Source: Octopus vulgaris (lineage: Eukaryota). Taken from it: a stretch of DNA of 64,000 nt. Made by a program: the position numbers and the translations under genes. The notes under the pieces are model-generated. The model made no database searches and was not told the DNA's origin. It saw only the letters and a program-made list of their open reading frames with translations. The stretch lies in the NCBI GenBank assembly GCA_951406725.2, contig OX597816.1, positions 171,306,001 to 171,370,000 of the forward strand, written 5' to 3'. Positions 63,466 through 64,000 of the stretch are shown piece after piece. Within the stretch, counting starts at the first letter, position 1, and each line of letters begins with the position of its first letter.

Positions 63466-64000
63466 ACCACCATTTTCACTGTTAAACTTGAAAGGAAAGA
63501 CAAATCAATAAAACTGATACTAAGTCACTCTGCAGATAAATACAATCAAACTGTAGACTTATATTAGCTCTATTTTATGGAGCCAGTATTCTAGAGAGAT
63601 ATTGCTAGGAGATGACAAAAATATCAGGTGCAATGAAAGTGAAAGATTGCTTTATATTTACAGAACTAGAACTAGATAAAGTTCTACTAATGCTTGAAAA
63701 AAAAATTGGCACTAAAGTAGTAACTGTATCATTTCAATTAGCAGCAGCTGGAATGGTTAGTAGAAAATTCCAAATGGTGACAATGATAGCTTGTAAGTAT
63801 ACTGGTTTGAAGAAATATAAACAGTAAGAGTAGTTTTATTGCTAGAGTTAGAATGCCTTAGATTTGGGAGGGGAAGAACAAGATGTCTTGAAATTTTGGC
63901 CTTTCCCCAAAACACCAACAAAATGGATTATAATGGCTTCAATAAAAAGTATAACATCAGTTCTGTTAGGGAACAACAACAATAATAAAGAAGCCACTGA

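Overview
AT-rich, repeat-saturated animal genomic DNA. The SINE families, (AT/AC)n microsatellites and RTE/CR1/Penelope/Helitron content fit an octopus genome, but that is an inference. Most of the window appears to be intronic sequence of one minus-strand gene I cannot name. It has one clear internal exon (28822-29026) and two candidate alternative last coding exons (15482-15534 and 7689-7738). The rest is mobile DNA: three tRNA-derived SINE families; a 5'-truncated RTE LINE with a PHD finger inside its RT, plus many 3'-UTR-only copies; a degraded CR1/L2-group LINE; a Penelope-like element with an inverted end; Helitrons; two piggyBac-type TTAA MITE families; a Tc1/mariner (maT-like) fragment; and a ~8.4 kb microsatellite block with a triplicated ~2 kb unit. 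The most notable observation is a short element at 60843-61113 that joins a tRNA-like Pol III head to an apparently intact minimal hammerhead ribozyme and has a Penelope-style inverted end. Several other intact or decayed hammerhead motifs are scattered through the window. Nearly all long ORFs in the supplied track are microsatellite or repeat artefacts. No database search or folding computation was run.
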